From positions 1-32,000 of the forward strand of contig NZ_SCNV01000033.1 of the NCBI RefSeq assembly GCF_005503145.1: DNA of 32,000 bases. The letters run 5' to 3'. The position numbers and the translations under genes were made by a program. The notes under the pieces are model-generated. The model was not told the origin of the DNA. It ran no database searches and saw only the letters and a program-made list of their open reading frames with translations. This stretch comes from Burkholderia sp. 4M9327F10 (lineage in GTDB: Bacteria > Pseudomonadota > Gammaproteobacteria > Burkholderiales > Burkholderiaceae). Positions 15,211-23,774 of this stretch are shown here, piece after piece (the stretch's first letter is position 1; the number at the start of each line of letters is the position of its first letter).

Positions 15211-16515
15211 TCAGGCTCTCCCCGGTGCGCCCGGACGCTGCGCGAGCAACAGGCTCGCGGTGTTTTGCGCGATGCGGTCGTTGTTGATCATCAGCGGGGC
15301 CGAGTACAGGTCGCGCAGATGCCGCCCCACGCTGTACTCGGTGCCGTTCTTGTAGCCGGCCATGCCGCAGATCATCAGGACTTCGTGGACCACCTGCAGG
15401 GCGGTGGTGGAAATGCTGGTCTTCAGCGTGTTCATGTCGGAGGCGAAGCCAAGCAGCGCGGACAGCGGCACATCGGCCTGGCACGCGCCCAGTTTGGCGT
15501 GGTGCGCGGCGCGGGCGGCGTCGAGCGCGATGGCAAGGCGCGCCTGCATCATCTGCAGCAGGCCCACGGCCTCGGCCAGGCGCAAGCCTGCCGGTGGCAC
15601 CGAGCCGGGTTTGGCACGCGCCTGGGCGCGGAAAAACGCCTTGGCGCGGTTCACCGCGTCGGTGGCGATGCCGGTCCAGACGGCGGCCCACAGCGTGTGC
15701 GAGACCGGCAGCATGGTCTGGTCGGCGATCTCGGCAAACGGCGTCGGCAGGATCTGTTCGGCACGGCCCGTCGCGACGAGACGAAAGCCTTCGCTGCAGG
15801 TGCCGCGCATGCCCATCGAATCCCAGCCGCCGCGTTTTTCCAGGGTGGTCTCGTCGCGCAGTGCGACGATCATTACCTGGTCGGCTGCGGCGGACTCGGC
15901 AGTGCGCCGCGCGGTGACGAGAATGCCATCGGCCTGGGCGCCGTACGAAATGGTGGGCGCCAGTTTTTCGATGCGCAGACGCTCAGCGTCGATTTCGACC
16001 GAGCACGCGCTGGTACGCATATTGCCGCCGATCGTTTCCTCCGAGGTCGCGGAGGCGAGCAGCCATTGCTTGTCGACCAGCTCCGCGAGCAGCGCGCAGT
16101 GCCACGGCGAGGCGCTGCCATGCGCTTCGATGCAGGCGACCTGGATCTGATGCATCGCATACACCATCGCAGTCGAGGCGCAGCCTTGCGCGAGGATTTC
16201 GCAGATGGCGGCCACATCGGCGAGCGGCAGTCCGGCGCCGCCGAAGGCCGCCGGCACCAGTGCGGAGAGCAGCCGTTCGCGGCGCAACGCGTCGAAGGCT
16301 TCGGTGGGAAAGCGTGCGTCGCGATCCACGGCGTCCGCATGTTGCGCGGCGATCTGGGCGACGCGCTGGGCGGCGGCGCGCCAGCCGGCTTCCGGCTCGA
16401 CCGCGGATAACGGCGTCGGCGCCGAGGCCGGCGCGGACGTCGCAGGAGCGGCCGCGGCGGTTTCAGCGCGTGCACCGTCGAGCGCGACGGTGTCATGCAG
16501 CAGGGGCGCGTTCAT
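15211..16515 (-). CDS. Acyl-CoA dehydrogenase-family flavoprotein (probably acting on a carrier-protein-bound substrate)
   Basis: 434 aa. ACAD N, middle and C domains are recognisable: FPTEAFDALRRERLLSALVP, SEETIGGNMRTS, GWDSMGMRGTCSEGF, ICGMAGYKNGTEYSVGRHLRDL. Its stop lies 1 nt before the ligase ATG, and its ATG overlaps the ACP stop as ATGA at 16512-16515. It has an Ala/Pro-rich N-terminal extension of about 45 aa. Confidence 0.88.
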   Translation of the reverse strand: MNAPLLHDTVALDGARAETAAAAPATSAPASAPTPLSAVEPEAGWRAAAQRVAQIAAQHADAVDRDARFPTEAFDALRRERLLSALVPAAFGGAGLPLADVAAICEILAQGCASTAMVYAMHQIQVACIEAHGSASPWHCALLAELVDKQWLLASATSEETIGGNMRTSACSVEIDAERLRIEKLAPTISYGAQADGILVTARRTAESAAADQVMIVALRDETTLEKRGGWDSMGMRGTCSEGFRLVATGRAEQILPTPFAEIADQTMLPVSHTLWAAVWTGIATDAVNRAKAFFRAQARAKPGSVPPAGLRLAEAVGLLQMMQARLAIALDAARAAHHAKLGACQADVPLSALLGFASDMNTLKTSISTTALQVVHEVLMICGMAGYKNGTEYSVGRHLRDLYSAPLMINNDRIAQNTASLLLAQRPGAPGRA

Positions 16516-16763
16516 GCCGCCGCCTTTGCCTGTTGGAGTTCGGTCACCGCGGCAGCAAGCGAATCGATGCTCGAAAAGAGCCGGCGCGTGAGCATGCGGT
16601 CGGGAATCTCGATGTCGAATTCGTCTTCGATCGCCAGCATCAGATGCACGGTTGCGAGCGACGAGAGGCCTGCTGCGTAGAGATCGGCGTCATCCGCGAG
16701 GGTCTCGGGCGCAACGTCGAGACGTGCGGACTCGGAAAGAATGCGTCGCAATGCTGTTTTCAT
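16512..16763 (-). CDS. Acyl/aminoacyl carrier protein (phosphopantetheine-binding)
   Basis: 83 aa. DADLYAAGLSSLATVHLMLAIEDEF is a PP-attachment-site-like motif (GLSSL in place of G-x-DS-L). The protein is acidic and helical-looking. GAGGG lies 11 nt upstream of the ATG at 16763. Confidence 0.85.
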   Translation of the reverse strand: MKTALRRILSESARLDVAPETLADDADLYAAGLSSLATVHLMLAIEDEFDIEIPDRMLTRRLFSSIDSLAAAVTELQQAKAAA

Positions 16764-17020
16764 GGGAAGGCGCCCCCTCGGAATGATGTCGCTAAGCCGC
16801 TTCTGGTTGGAGTCGTCGCGCCGTCGAGGCCGCGGCGGTCGCGTTGCCGGTTGCTGCGAGCCCTGCAGGTTCGGACAGTCGGTGCCGGCTGACCGTATTT
16901 AACTAATCGCGACGCAGCATCGTCGGTGCGCTTCCGCACGGAGATTCAAGGGTCGGTAGCGGTAACGTGCAGTCATGGCGGCGGGCATGCCCCGTCGAGT
17001 GAATCGCTAGGGGAAACCTG
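16764..17020. promoter_or_regulatory. Divergent intergenic region between the carrier-protein cassette (-) and the GNAT/wzy/GT operon (+)
   Basis: 257 bp with no ORF and an AT-richer patch, CGTATTTAACTAATCG, near 16893-16908. It must hold promoters for both divergent units; the elements were not resolved. Confidence 0.5.
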
Positions 17021-17554
17021 ATGAACTGGAAAACGCTCGAATTCGAGCAGTTCACGGCGCGCGAGCTGTATCTGGTCATGCGTGCGCGGAGTGCGGTGTT
17101 CATAGTCGAACAGTCCCATGTGTGCCTCGATGCCGATGGGCACGACGAGCAGGCATTGCACGTTTTCGCGGTGGAAGACATGTCCCGGCCGATGCCGGTG
17201 ATGGCGTACGCGCGGATTCAGCCAGGCGACCTGGAGGACCCGGAGGTGGTGATCGACAAGGTGCTGACGAGTCCCGCGCGGCGCGGCGACGGTACGGCGG
17301 AAATGCTGATCGAGCGGGTACTGCAGGCGATTGCCGAGCGCTGGGCCGGGCGTCTCGTGCGGGTGACCGCGCCGGTCAGCCTGCGCGGCTTCTATGAACA
17401 GTTCGGCTTTCGCAAGACCGAAGGACCGTTTCTCGAACATGGCGTGCCGTTCATCGGCCTGACCTGCCAGATGCGGGGTACGCGCAGCGGGTTCGGCAGT
17501 TGGCGCCGCGAGCGCAGTGCGGCGCCGGTCGCCAGCACATTCGAGCTGCTTTAA
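17021..17554 (+). CDS. elaA: GNAT-family N-acetyltransferase, ElaA-like
   Basis: AGGGGA lies 7 nt upstream of the ATG. WKTLEFEQFTARELYLVMRARSAVFIVEQSHVCLDADGHDEQALHVF...VMAYARI...FYEQFGFRKTEGPFLEHGVPFIGL aligns along its whole length with my recollection of E. coli ElaA. Confidence 0.8.
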   Translation: MNWKTLEFEQFTARELYLVMRARSAVFIVEQSHVCLDADGHDEQALHVFAVEDMSRPMPVMAYARIQPGDLEDPEVVIDKVLTSPARRGDGTAEMLIERVLQAIAERWAGRLVRVTAPVSLRGFYEQFGFRKTEGPFLEHGVPFIGLTCQMRGTRSGFGSWRRERSAAPVASTFELL

Positions 17555-17577
17555 GGGCTCACAATCAAGGGCTCCCA

Positions 17578-19092
17578 ATGATCCATGCTTCGGGTTTGCC
17601 GTTACCACGCGCCGCGCGGGATGCCGGCGCGCGGCGCTCGGCGGGGCGCCTCGCTGGGCCGGTGGCGCTGCCGGTCGGCATGTTCGTGGTCACGCTGTTG
17701 CTGATCGTCGCGCACCAGGGCAAGGTGCTGGAGCTCTCGTTCTCCGTGATGTCGACCGTGATCGCCTTTTATCTGTACCGGCGCTATCCCGCTCATTACC
17801 TCGGTTTCGTCTGCTGGCTCTACTTTCTGACGCCCGAGGTGCGGCGTTTCGCGGATTTTTTCAACGGCGCGTTTAATCCGAAGAGTCCGGTGATGCTCGC
17901 GCCGCTGCTGGCCGCGGCGATTTCAGGGCTCTCGGTGCTCGCGCACCATCGCATGCTGGGCCAGCGCCGCGCGTTGCCGCTCATGCTGATGCTGGTCGCA
18001 ATTTTCTATGGGTTTGTGATCGGCCTCGTGCGGGTCGGTCTCGCGCCGGCGGCATACACGCTGGTCAACTGGATCCTGCCGGTCTCGATGGGAGTGCATC
18101 TGATCGCGACCTGGCAGGAGTATCCGGTCTATCACCGGGTACTCCTGAAGACCTTTGTCTATGGCACGTTCGTGCTGGGCGCCTATGGCATCTATCAGTT
18201 CATTTCACCGCCGCCGTGGACTGTGTTCTGGATGGTGGGCTCGAACATGGGCACTTCGGAGGGCACGCCGGTGCCGTTCGGCCTGCGTATTTCCAGCACG
18301 ATGAACTCGGCCGGTCCGTTCGCCATCACGATTATGGCCGGCCTGCTGATGTCGCTGGCCGCACGCGGCAAGACGCGCCTCGCCTCGGTTGCAGTGGGCG
18401 TGCCGGCGCTGATGTTCACCTCGGTGCGCACGGCCTGGGGCGGCATGGTGATCGGTCTCATTTATCCGCTTGCGATGCTGGACGGAAAAAGCCGTTTGCG
18501 CCTGCTTGCCGGCGTGATCTGCCTGGTGGGGCTCTGCATGCCGTTGACGATGATCGATGCGGTCTCCGGACGCCTGATGACGCGTCTCGAATCGATCACA
18601 AACCTGAACCAGGACAACAGCTATCAGGCGCGCTCGGTCTTCTACACGAACTTCGTCTCGATCGCCTTGACCGATATTGCCGGGCAGGGAATCGGCTCAG
18701 TCGGCCTCGGCGCCAAGCTCGCCGACGACCCGAGCCAGGTCAGCGGCTCGATCGACAGCGGCATCGTCGAAGTGTGCATCGTGATGGGGTGGCCGGGTAC
18801 CTTGCTGTATGGCACGGGAGTGTTCGTACTGATCTGGCGTGCGTTTATCGCGAGCCTTGCGCAGTCGAAGGACCGCTTCGCGATTTCCGGCGTCGGCGTC
18901 GCGCTTTCCATCTTTGCCATGATGGTCATGTCGAATACCCTGCAGGGCGAGCCGGGCATGGTGTTTGTAATCGGCGTGCTGATGCCCGTAATCGGCGTGC
19001 GTTATGCGCGGCAAAAGCGGGACGGCTTGCTGCCGCCGGCTGCCTCTGCGGCCACCGTTGGCGTTGCGGTTCCGGTACGGGTGCGGCCATGA
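17578..19092 (+). CDS. wzy: O-antigen ligase/polymerase-family membrane protein (Wzy-like EPS polymerase)
   Basis: ATG at 17578 inside ORF 17500-19092. About 10-12 TM segments. A Wzy_C-like loop is present (SSTMNSAGPFAITIMAGLL...FTSVRTAWGGMVIGL). Lies 23 nt after the GNAT gene. Confidence 0.8.
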   Translation: MIHASGLPLPRAARDAGARRSAGRLAGPVALPVGMFVVTLLLIVAHQGKVLELSFSVMSTVIAFYLYRRYPAHYLGFVCWLYFLTPEVRRFADFFNGAFNPKSPVMLAPLLAAAISGLSVLAHHRMLGQRRALPLMLMLVAIFYGFVIGLVRVGLAPAAYTLVNWILPVSMGVHLIATWQEYPVYHRVLLKTFVYGTFVLGAYGIYQFISPPPWTVFWMVGSNMGTSEGTPVPFGLRISSTMNSAGPFAITIMAGLLMSLAARGKTRLASVAVGVPALMFTSVRTAWGGMVIGLIYPLAMLDGKSRLRLLAGVICLVGLCMPLTMIDAVSGRLMTRLESITNLNQDNSYQARSVFYTNFVSIALTDIAGQGIGSVGLGAKLADDPSQVSGSIDSGIVEVCIVMGWPGTLLYGTGVFVLIWRAFIASLAQSKDRFAISGVGVALSIFAMMVMSNTLQGEPGMVFVIGVLMPVIGVRYARQKRDGLLPPAASAATVGVAVPVRVRP

Positions 19093-20282
19093 GGGGTGAG
19101 GCGCTGCGTGTGCTGATCGTCACACATGTGGTCCGCAACAACGACGGGCAGGGACGGGTGAATTACGAAGTGGCGCGAGCGGCGCTTGCCGCCGGCCATC
19201 ACGTGACGATCGTGGCGTCGGAGATGGCTCGCGATCTGCTTGCCTGTCCGCGTCTGCGTTTTGTCGAGATCGCGGAGAGTGCGCTGCCCACCCGGCTTGC
19301 CAAGTATCAGATATTCGCACTACGTAGCGGTGCGTGGATCAGGGCGCACCGCGCCGAGTTCGATGTAGTGCATGTAAACGGTTTTATCGCGTGGGCCAGG
19401 GCCGATGTCAACACCGTGCACTTCGTGCATGACGGCTGGTACCGCTGCGGCTTCTATCCGTTTCGCGTGGCGGGCGGGTGGTATCCGGCTTATCAGGTCG
19501 CCTATACGCGGCTCAATGCGCTGTGCGAGAAGTGGGCGTTTCGCCACTCGCGCGTCGTGGTGCCGGTGTCGCAGAAGGTCGGCGCGGAAGTGCGCGCGCT
19601 CGGCATCGATGCAGGCACCATGCAGGTGATCCATAACGGTGTCGACGCGGACGAGTTTGCGCCGGGGGTGGCGACGCGTGAGGCGTTCGGTCTGCCGGCT
19701 GAGCCGTTCATGTTGCTGTTTGCCGGCGATCTGCGGGTATCGCGCAAGAACCTCGATGCGGTGTTGCATGCGCTCGTTTCGACGCCGCCTCATGTCCATC
19801 TCGCGGTAGCCGGGATTTTGCGCAACAGCCCTTACCCGGCGCTTGCCGCGACGCTCGGCGTCGGTGCGCGGGTCCATTTTCTCGACCTTGTGCAGGATAT
19901 GCCTCGCCTGATGCGTTCTGTCGATGCGTTTGTGTTTCCTTCGCGCTATGAGGCGATGAGTCTCGTGATGCTCGAGGCCCTGGCGGCGGCGCTGCCTGTC
20001 GTGACGGTAGCGACTGCGGGCGGCGCGGAAGTGATCGATAGCCGCTGTGGCGTAGTGCTCGATAGCCCCGAAGACATCGCGGGTCTCGCGCAGGCGATAG
20101 TTCATCTTGCACAGCACCCCATGGAGGCGCGCGCGATGGGCGCTGCCGCGCGCGAGCTGGCGCAGTCGCTCACATGGCAGAGCATGGCGGCGCGTTATCT
20201 GTCGCTCTACGAAGACCTCGCCAGCAGGCGCGCCAGTTCCGGCGCGCGTCTGTCCGGCGCTGCCGTGTCGGCCAAATCATGA
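19089..20282 (+). CDS. Glycosyltransferase family 4
   Basis: Its ATG overlaps the wzy TGA as ATGA at 19089-19092. N-terminus LRVLIVTHVVRNNDGQGRVNYEVARAALAAGHHV. C-terminal signature FVFPSRYEAMSLVMLEALAAALPVVTVATAGGAEVI. Confidence 0.9.
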   Translation: MRGEALRVLIVTHVVRNNDGQGRVNYEVARAALAAGHHVTIVASEMARDLLACPRLRFVEIAESALPTRLAKYQIFALRSGAWIRAHRAEFDVVHVNGFIAWARADVNTVHFVHDGWYRCGFYPFRVAGGWYPAYQVAYTRLNALCEKWAFRHSRVVVPVSQKVGAEVRALGIDAGTMQVIHNGVDADEFAPGVATREAFGLPAEPFMLLFAGDLRVSRKNLDAVLHALVSTPPHVHLAVAGILRNSPYPALAATLGVGARVHFLDLVQDMPRLMRSVDAFVFPSRYEAMSLVMLEALAAALPVVTVATAGGAEVIDSRCGVVLDSPEDIAGLAQAIVHLAQHPMEARAMGAAARELAQSLTWQSMAARYLSLYEDLASRRASSGARLSGAAVSAKS

Positions 20283-21457
20283 GCGCGCGTATCGATTCGT
20301 TGCAGATCGGGATGCACTGGTTCCGCGAGCGGCCTGGTGGGCTCGATCGCGTCTTCATGGCGCTGATCGAGTCTCTACCGACCCAGGGCGTCGATGTACG
20401 CGGGCTCGTCGCCGGTAGCCCGAAGGTGTTCGCTGAGTCGAGCGGGGTGATCCAGACCTTCGCCAGTGCGCAGCAATCGCTGGGTGTGCGGCTGTGGCAT
20501 GCGCGGATGCACTCGCAGAAGCTCAAGCGCGTCCGCGCCCCCGATATCGTCGCCAGCCATTTCGCGCTGTATGCCGCGCCGACGCTGGGGGTGTTCCCCG
20601 GGGTGCCCAAGGTGGTCCATTTTCATGGACCCTGGGCCGACGAGACCTCGCTTGACGGACGCCGGCGGGCCTCGCGGGCGGTGCGCCGCGCGATCGAGTG
20701 GGCGGTGTATCGCGGCGCGGCGCGCCATATCGTGCTCTCACGTGCGTTCGGGCGGATTCTGCACGAGCAGTATGGCGTGCACGAGGAGTCGATCCGCGTC
20801 GTGCCTGGGTGTGTCGACGTGGCGTGCTTCGATATCGGCGTGACGAAGCAGCAGGCGCGCGCCGCGCTCGGCCTGCCCAATGACCGGCCGCAACTGTTCT
20901 GTATCCGCAGACTGGTGTCGCGCATGGGGCTCGAAGATCTGATCGACGCCATGTTCCTCGTCAAGCAGGCCGTGCCGGATGTGCTGCTGACGATTGCCGG
21001 CAAGGGGCCGCTCGAAGCCGCGTTGCGTGGGAGGATCGCGGCGCGCGGCCTGACCGAGCACGTCAAGCTCGCCGGCTTCGTCACCGATGCGGCGTTGCCG
21101 CTCTGGTATCGCAGCGCTGACGTGACGGTGGTGCCGACGGTGGCGCTGGAAGGCTTCGGCCTCACCACGGCGGAGTCGCTCGCCACCGGCACGCCAGTGC
21201 TGGTGACACCGGTGGGCGGATTGCCCGAGGCGGTGGCGCCATTGTCGGAACACCTCGTGCTGCCTTCGGTGGGCTTTCACGCAATTGGCACCGGCATTGT
21301 GGATGCGCTGCTCGGCGAGCGCCCCTTACCCGATGCGCAGGAATGCCGCGCCTATGCTCAGGCGCGTTTCGATTATCCGGTGATCGCCGCGCAAGTCGCC
21401 GATGTGTATCGCGAAGCACTCGGCGAGCGTCGCACGGCTGCTTACGTCGCAGCCTGA
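20279..21457 (+). CDS. Glycosyltransferase family 4
   Basis: ATGA overlap with the upstream GT at 20279-20282. Signature VVPTVALEGFGLTTAESLATGTPVLVTPVGGLPEAV. Confidence 0.88.
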   Translation: MSARIDSLQIGMHWFRERPGGLDRVFMALIESLPTQGVDVRGLVAGSPKVFAESSGVIQTFASAQQSLGVRLWHARMHSQKLKRVRAPDIVASHFALYAAPTLGVFPGVPKVVHFHGPWADETSLDGRRRASRAVRRAIEWAVYRGAARHIVLSRAFGRILHEQYGVHEESIRVVPGCVDVACFDIGVTKQQARAALGLPNDRPQLFCIRRLVSRMGLEDLIDAMFLVKQAVPDVLLTIAGKGPLEAALRGRIAARGLTEHVKLAGFVTDAALPLWYRSADVTVVPTVALEGFGLTTAESLATGTPVLVTPVGGLPEAVAPLSEHLVLPSVGFHAIGTGIVDALLGERPLPDAQECRAYAQARFDYPVIAAQVADVYREALGERRTAAYVAA

Positions 21458-21501
21458 GCGGCCGCCTGCGTTGTGCGTCTCTTCGAACTGCGGGCGGCCG
21501 C
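21458..21501 (+). terminator. GC-rich stem-loop directly after the stop codon; a possible attenuator or partial terminator
   Basis: GCGGCCGCC (21458-21466) pairs with GGCGGCCGC (21493-21501): 9 bp perfect with a 26-nt loop. No U-tract follows. Confidence 0.3.
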
Positions 21502-21642
21502 ACAGACGCGTTGCGCTGCAGCGTCGACTATCGGACTGCTGGCCATGGCGCGGCGGTGAGGCTGTCCGCGTTGCGCCTGCAGCCCGGCTGGGACCCCGCC
21601 ATTACCTTGCTATGAACCATTAACGACTGGACTGAGCTTTCC

Positions 21643-22761
21643 ATGAGAATCATCCATCTGGCGAATCATATTCAGCTCGTTGGCAACGGCATCGTTAACA
21701 TGATGATTGACCTGGCCTGCATGCAGGCTCAGGCCGGTCACGATGTGGTGGTGGCGTCCTCGGGGGGGGAATTCGAAACACTGCTGGCGCGCCACGGCGT
21801 GCGCCATGTGCACCTCGCCCAGTCACGCGATCCGTGGCGCGCGCCAGCCATGCTGCTGGGATTCCGGCGGCTCGTGCAACGCTTCGACCCCGACGTCGTG
21901 CATGCTCATATGTTGACCGGCACGCTGCTGGCGCGCTTCAGCGTGCTGCGCCGCCGCTATCTGCTGGTGGCGACGCTCCACAACGAATTTCCGAAGACCG
22001 CCTCGCTGATGCGTTTCGCCGATCGCGTGGTAGCGGTGAGCGAAGCGGTGGCGGAGTCGATGAGGTTGCGCGGCGTACCGGCCGAGCGCCTTTCGGTGGT
22101 GCGCAACGGCACGGTCGGCACGCCGCGTCGGGCCGGCATGCCACTGCCGCCTTCGCCGCACCTGCAGCGGCCTTCGATCACCACGGTCGCCGGCATGTAT
22201 CAACGCAAGGGCATTCAGGATCTGCTGCGGGCGTTTGCGCGCCTGCGCCCGCGCTTTCCGCAGGCGACGTTGTACCTGGTCGGCAACGGTCCTGACCGTG
22301 CCATGATGGAAGCGCTCGCGCAGGAACTGGGGCTGCAAGGGCACGCGCACTTTGCGGGATTCGTCGGCAACCCCGCCGCATATCTGGCTGAGACCGACAT
22401 CTTCGTGCTGCCTTCGCACAAGGAAGCCGGCGGTCTCGTGCTGTGCGAAGCGCGCGAGGCGGGTTGTGCCGTGGTCGCGACCCGGGTGGACGGCAATCCG
22501 GAGATGGTTGGCGGTGAGCAGGCTGCACTGCTGGTTCCGCCTGCGGACCCCGACGCGCTTGCAGACGCAATCGGCCGCCTGCTTGACGATGCCGTGTTGC
22601 GGGCCGATCTCGCGGCGCGCGGCCAGCACAGCCTTGACGATTTTTCGGTGCAGCGGGTGTGCGAGGCGTATCTGCAACTCTACGATCGCGCGCTTGGCGA
22701 ATATCCCCGCCCGCAGCCGGCACGGGTGCGGGCCACCGAGTCGCACCGCGGGATGCTCTGA
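21643..22761 (+). CDS. Glycosyltransferase family 4
   Basis: MRIIHLANHIQLVGNGIVNMMIDLACMQAQAGHDVVV, then FVLPSHKEAGGLVLCEAREAGCAVVATRVDGNPEMV. It follows a 185-bp gap. Confidence 0.9.
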   Translation: MRIIHLANHIQLVGNGIVNMMIDLACMQAQAGHDVVVASSGGEFETLLARHGVRHVHLAQSRDPWRAPAMLLGFRRLVQRFDPDVVHAHMLTGTLLARFSVLRRRYLLVATLHNEFPKTASLMRFADRVVAVSEAVAESMRLRGVPAERLSVVRNGTVGTPRRAGMPLPPSPHLQRPSITTVAGMYQRKGIQDLLRAFARLRPRFPQATLYLVGNGPDRAMMEALAQELGLQGHAHFAGFVGNPAAYLAETDIFVLPSHKEAGGLVLCEAREAGCAVVATRVDGNPEMVGGEQAALLVPPADPDALADAIGRLLDDAVLRADLAARGQHSLDDFSVQRVCEAYLQLYDRALGEYPRPQPARVRATESHRGML

Positions 22762-23711
22762 TGGACGGCACGCTACTTCAGCCGCGACAGGCACAGGAGC
22801 AGCAATCGCCGCGAGCGCAGCCGCAGTTCGCCGTCTGCGTGACGACGATGAATCGCACCGGGGCGCTCGCGGCTTGCCTCGACAACCTGCTGCGCTGCGA
22901 TCCTCCGCCGGCCGCGATCGTGGTCAGCGACGATTCACCCGATGCGGCAGCACGCGCCGCGAACCGGGCCATTGTAGCGGCGCGGCCCGGCGCGGTGTAT
23001 CTCGCCGGACCGTGCCGCGGTGTTTGCGCGAACCGCAACAACGCGGTTCGCTACTGCCTTGCGAATGCGCCGCACTGCAGCCACGTCTCTTTCGTCGATG
23101 ACGATATCCAGGTCAGCAGCGATTTTTTTGCGGTGGCGCGTGCGAACGTCGAGCGCCTGCGCAGGGGGCCGCGCGACACGGCAATCCTGACGGGCGGCGC
23201 ATCGAGTGGGCCGAACCTTTATGAATGCCGGCCGGTGCGCCTGTCTTTCAGAGGGTATTTCATGGAAGGCGGCGAGCCGCAGTGCATCAACCTGCATGCT
23301 TCGGTGTTTCCGCTGGCGCTGTTCGGTCACGACATGTTTGATGAAAACATTTTCTTCGGCAGCGAAGACGCCGAATTGACGTTGCGCGCACTGCGGCGCG
23401 ACTACAGGATCGAGCTGGTGCCTGCGTTGCGCGCCCGCGACACCATGCCCGGCGGCGGCGTATTGCACACGATCAAAGCCTCGCAGGCCGCAGGCGGCCT
23501 GACACGTTATCAGGTCAACTGCGAGGCTGCACGCCTCTATATCGGCGTCAAGCGCTATAGCGTGATCGAGCCGAGCCTGCTCAGGTGCGCGGCATTCGTG
23601 TCGATCTATTTCGGCCATCTGACGTTGTATCTCGCGCGCCGCCACGCGCTGTCCCAGCTCGTACCTATCGTCAGGATGTCGAACGTCTGGCGGGCGCGTA
23701 GCGCCCGCTGA
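22761..23711 (+). CDS. Glycosyltransferase family 2
   Basis: The ATG at 22761 shares one base with the upstream TGA (TGATG). Motifs: FAVCVTTMNRTGALAACLDNLL, AIVVSDDSPD, and SFVDDDIQV (DxD). Confidence 0.85.
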   Translation: MDGTLLQPRQAQEQQSPRAQPQFAVCVTTMNRTGALAACLDNLLRCDPPPAAIVVSDDSPDAAARAANRAIVAARPGAVYLAGPCRGVCANRNNAVRYCLANAPHCSHVSFVDDDIQVSSDFFAVARANVERLRRGPRDTAILTGGASSGPNLYECRPVRLSFRGYFMEGGEPQCINLHASVFPLALFGHDMFDENIFFGSEDAELTLRALRRDYRIELVPALRARDTMPGGGVLHTIKASQAAGGLTRYQVNCEAARLYIGVKRYSVIEPSLLRCAAFVSIYFGHLTLYLARRHALSQLVPIVRMSNVWRARSAR

Positions 23712-23774
23712 AAGACAGACTACAACACAGGGGCATGGAGGAGATCACGTAACGCATTCTCCAGGAGCAAGAAC

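Noticed and set aside
16512-16763. Considered whether the 83-aa carrier protein is the housekeeping fatty-acid ACP (AcpP).
   Set aside because: It lacks the canonical AcpP DSLD context (it has GLSSL), has no fab gene neighbours, and is translationally coupled to the ACAD-like and aaRS-like genes. It is a dedicated carrier protein.
18216-19088. The N-terminal 291 aa of the 688-aa ORF 18216-20282, which overlaps wzy in another frame.
   Set aside because: This part is Arg/Gly/His-rich nonsense. The GT4 similarity begins exactly at the ATG at 19089, which forms an ATGA overlap with the wzy stop. The same reasoning trimmed ORFs 20174, 22659, 30286, 13153-14346, 26590-28992, 28991 and 17500 to internal starts.
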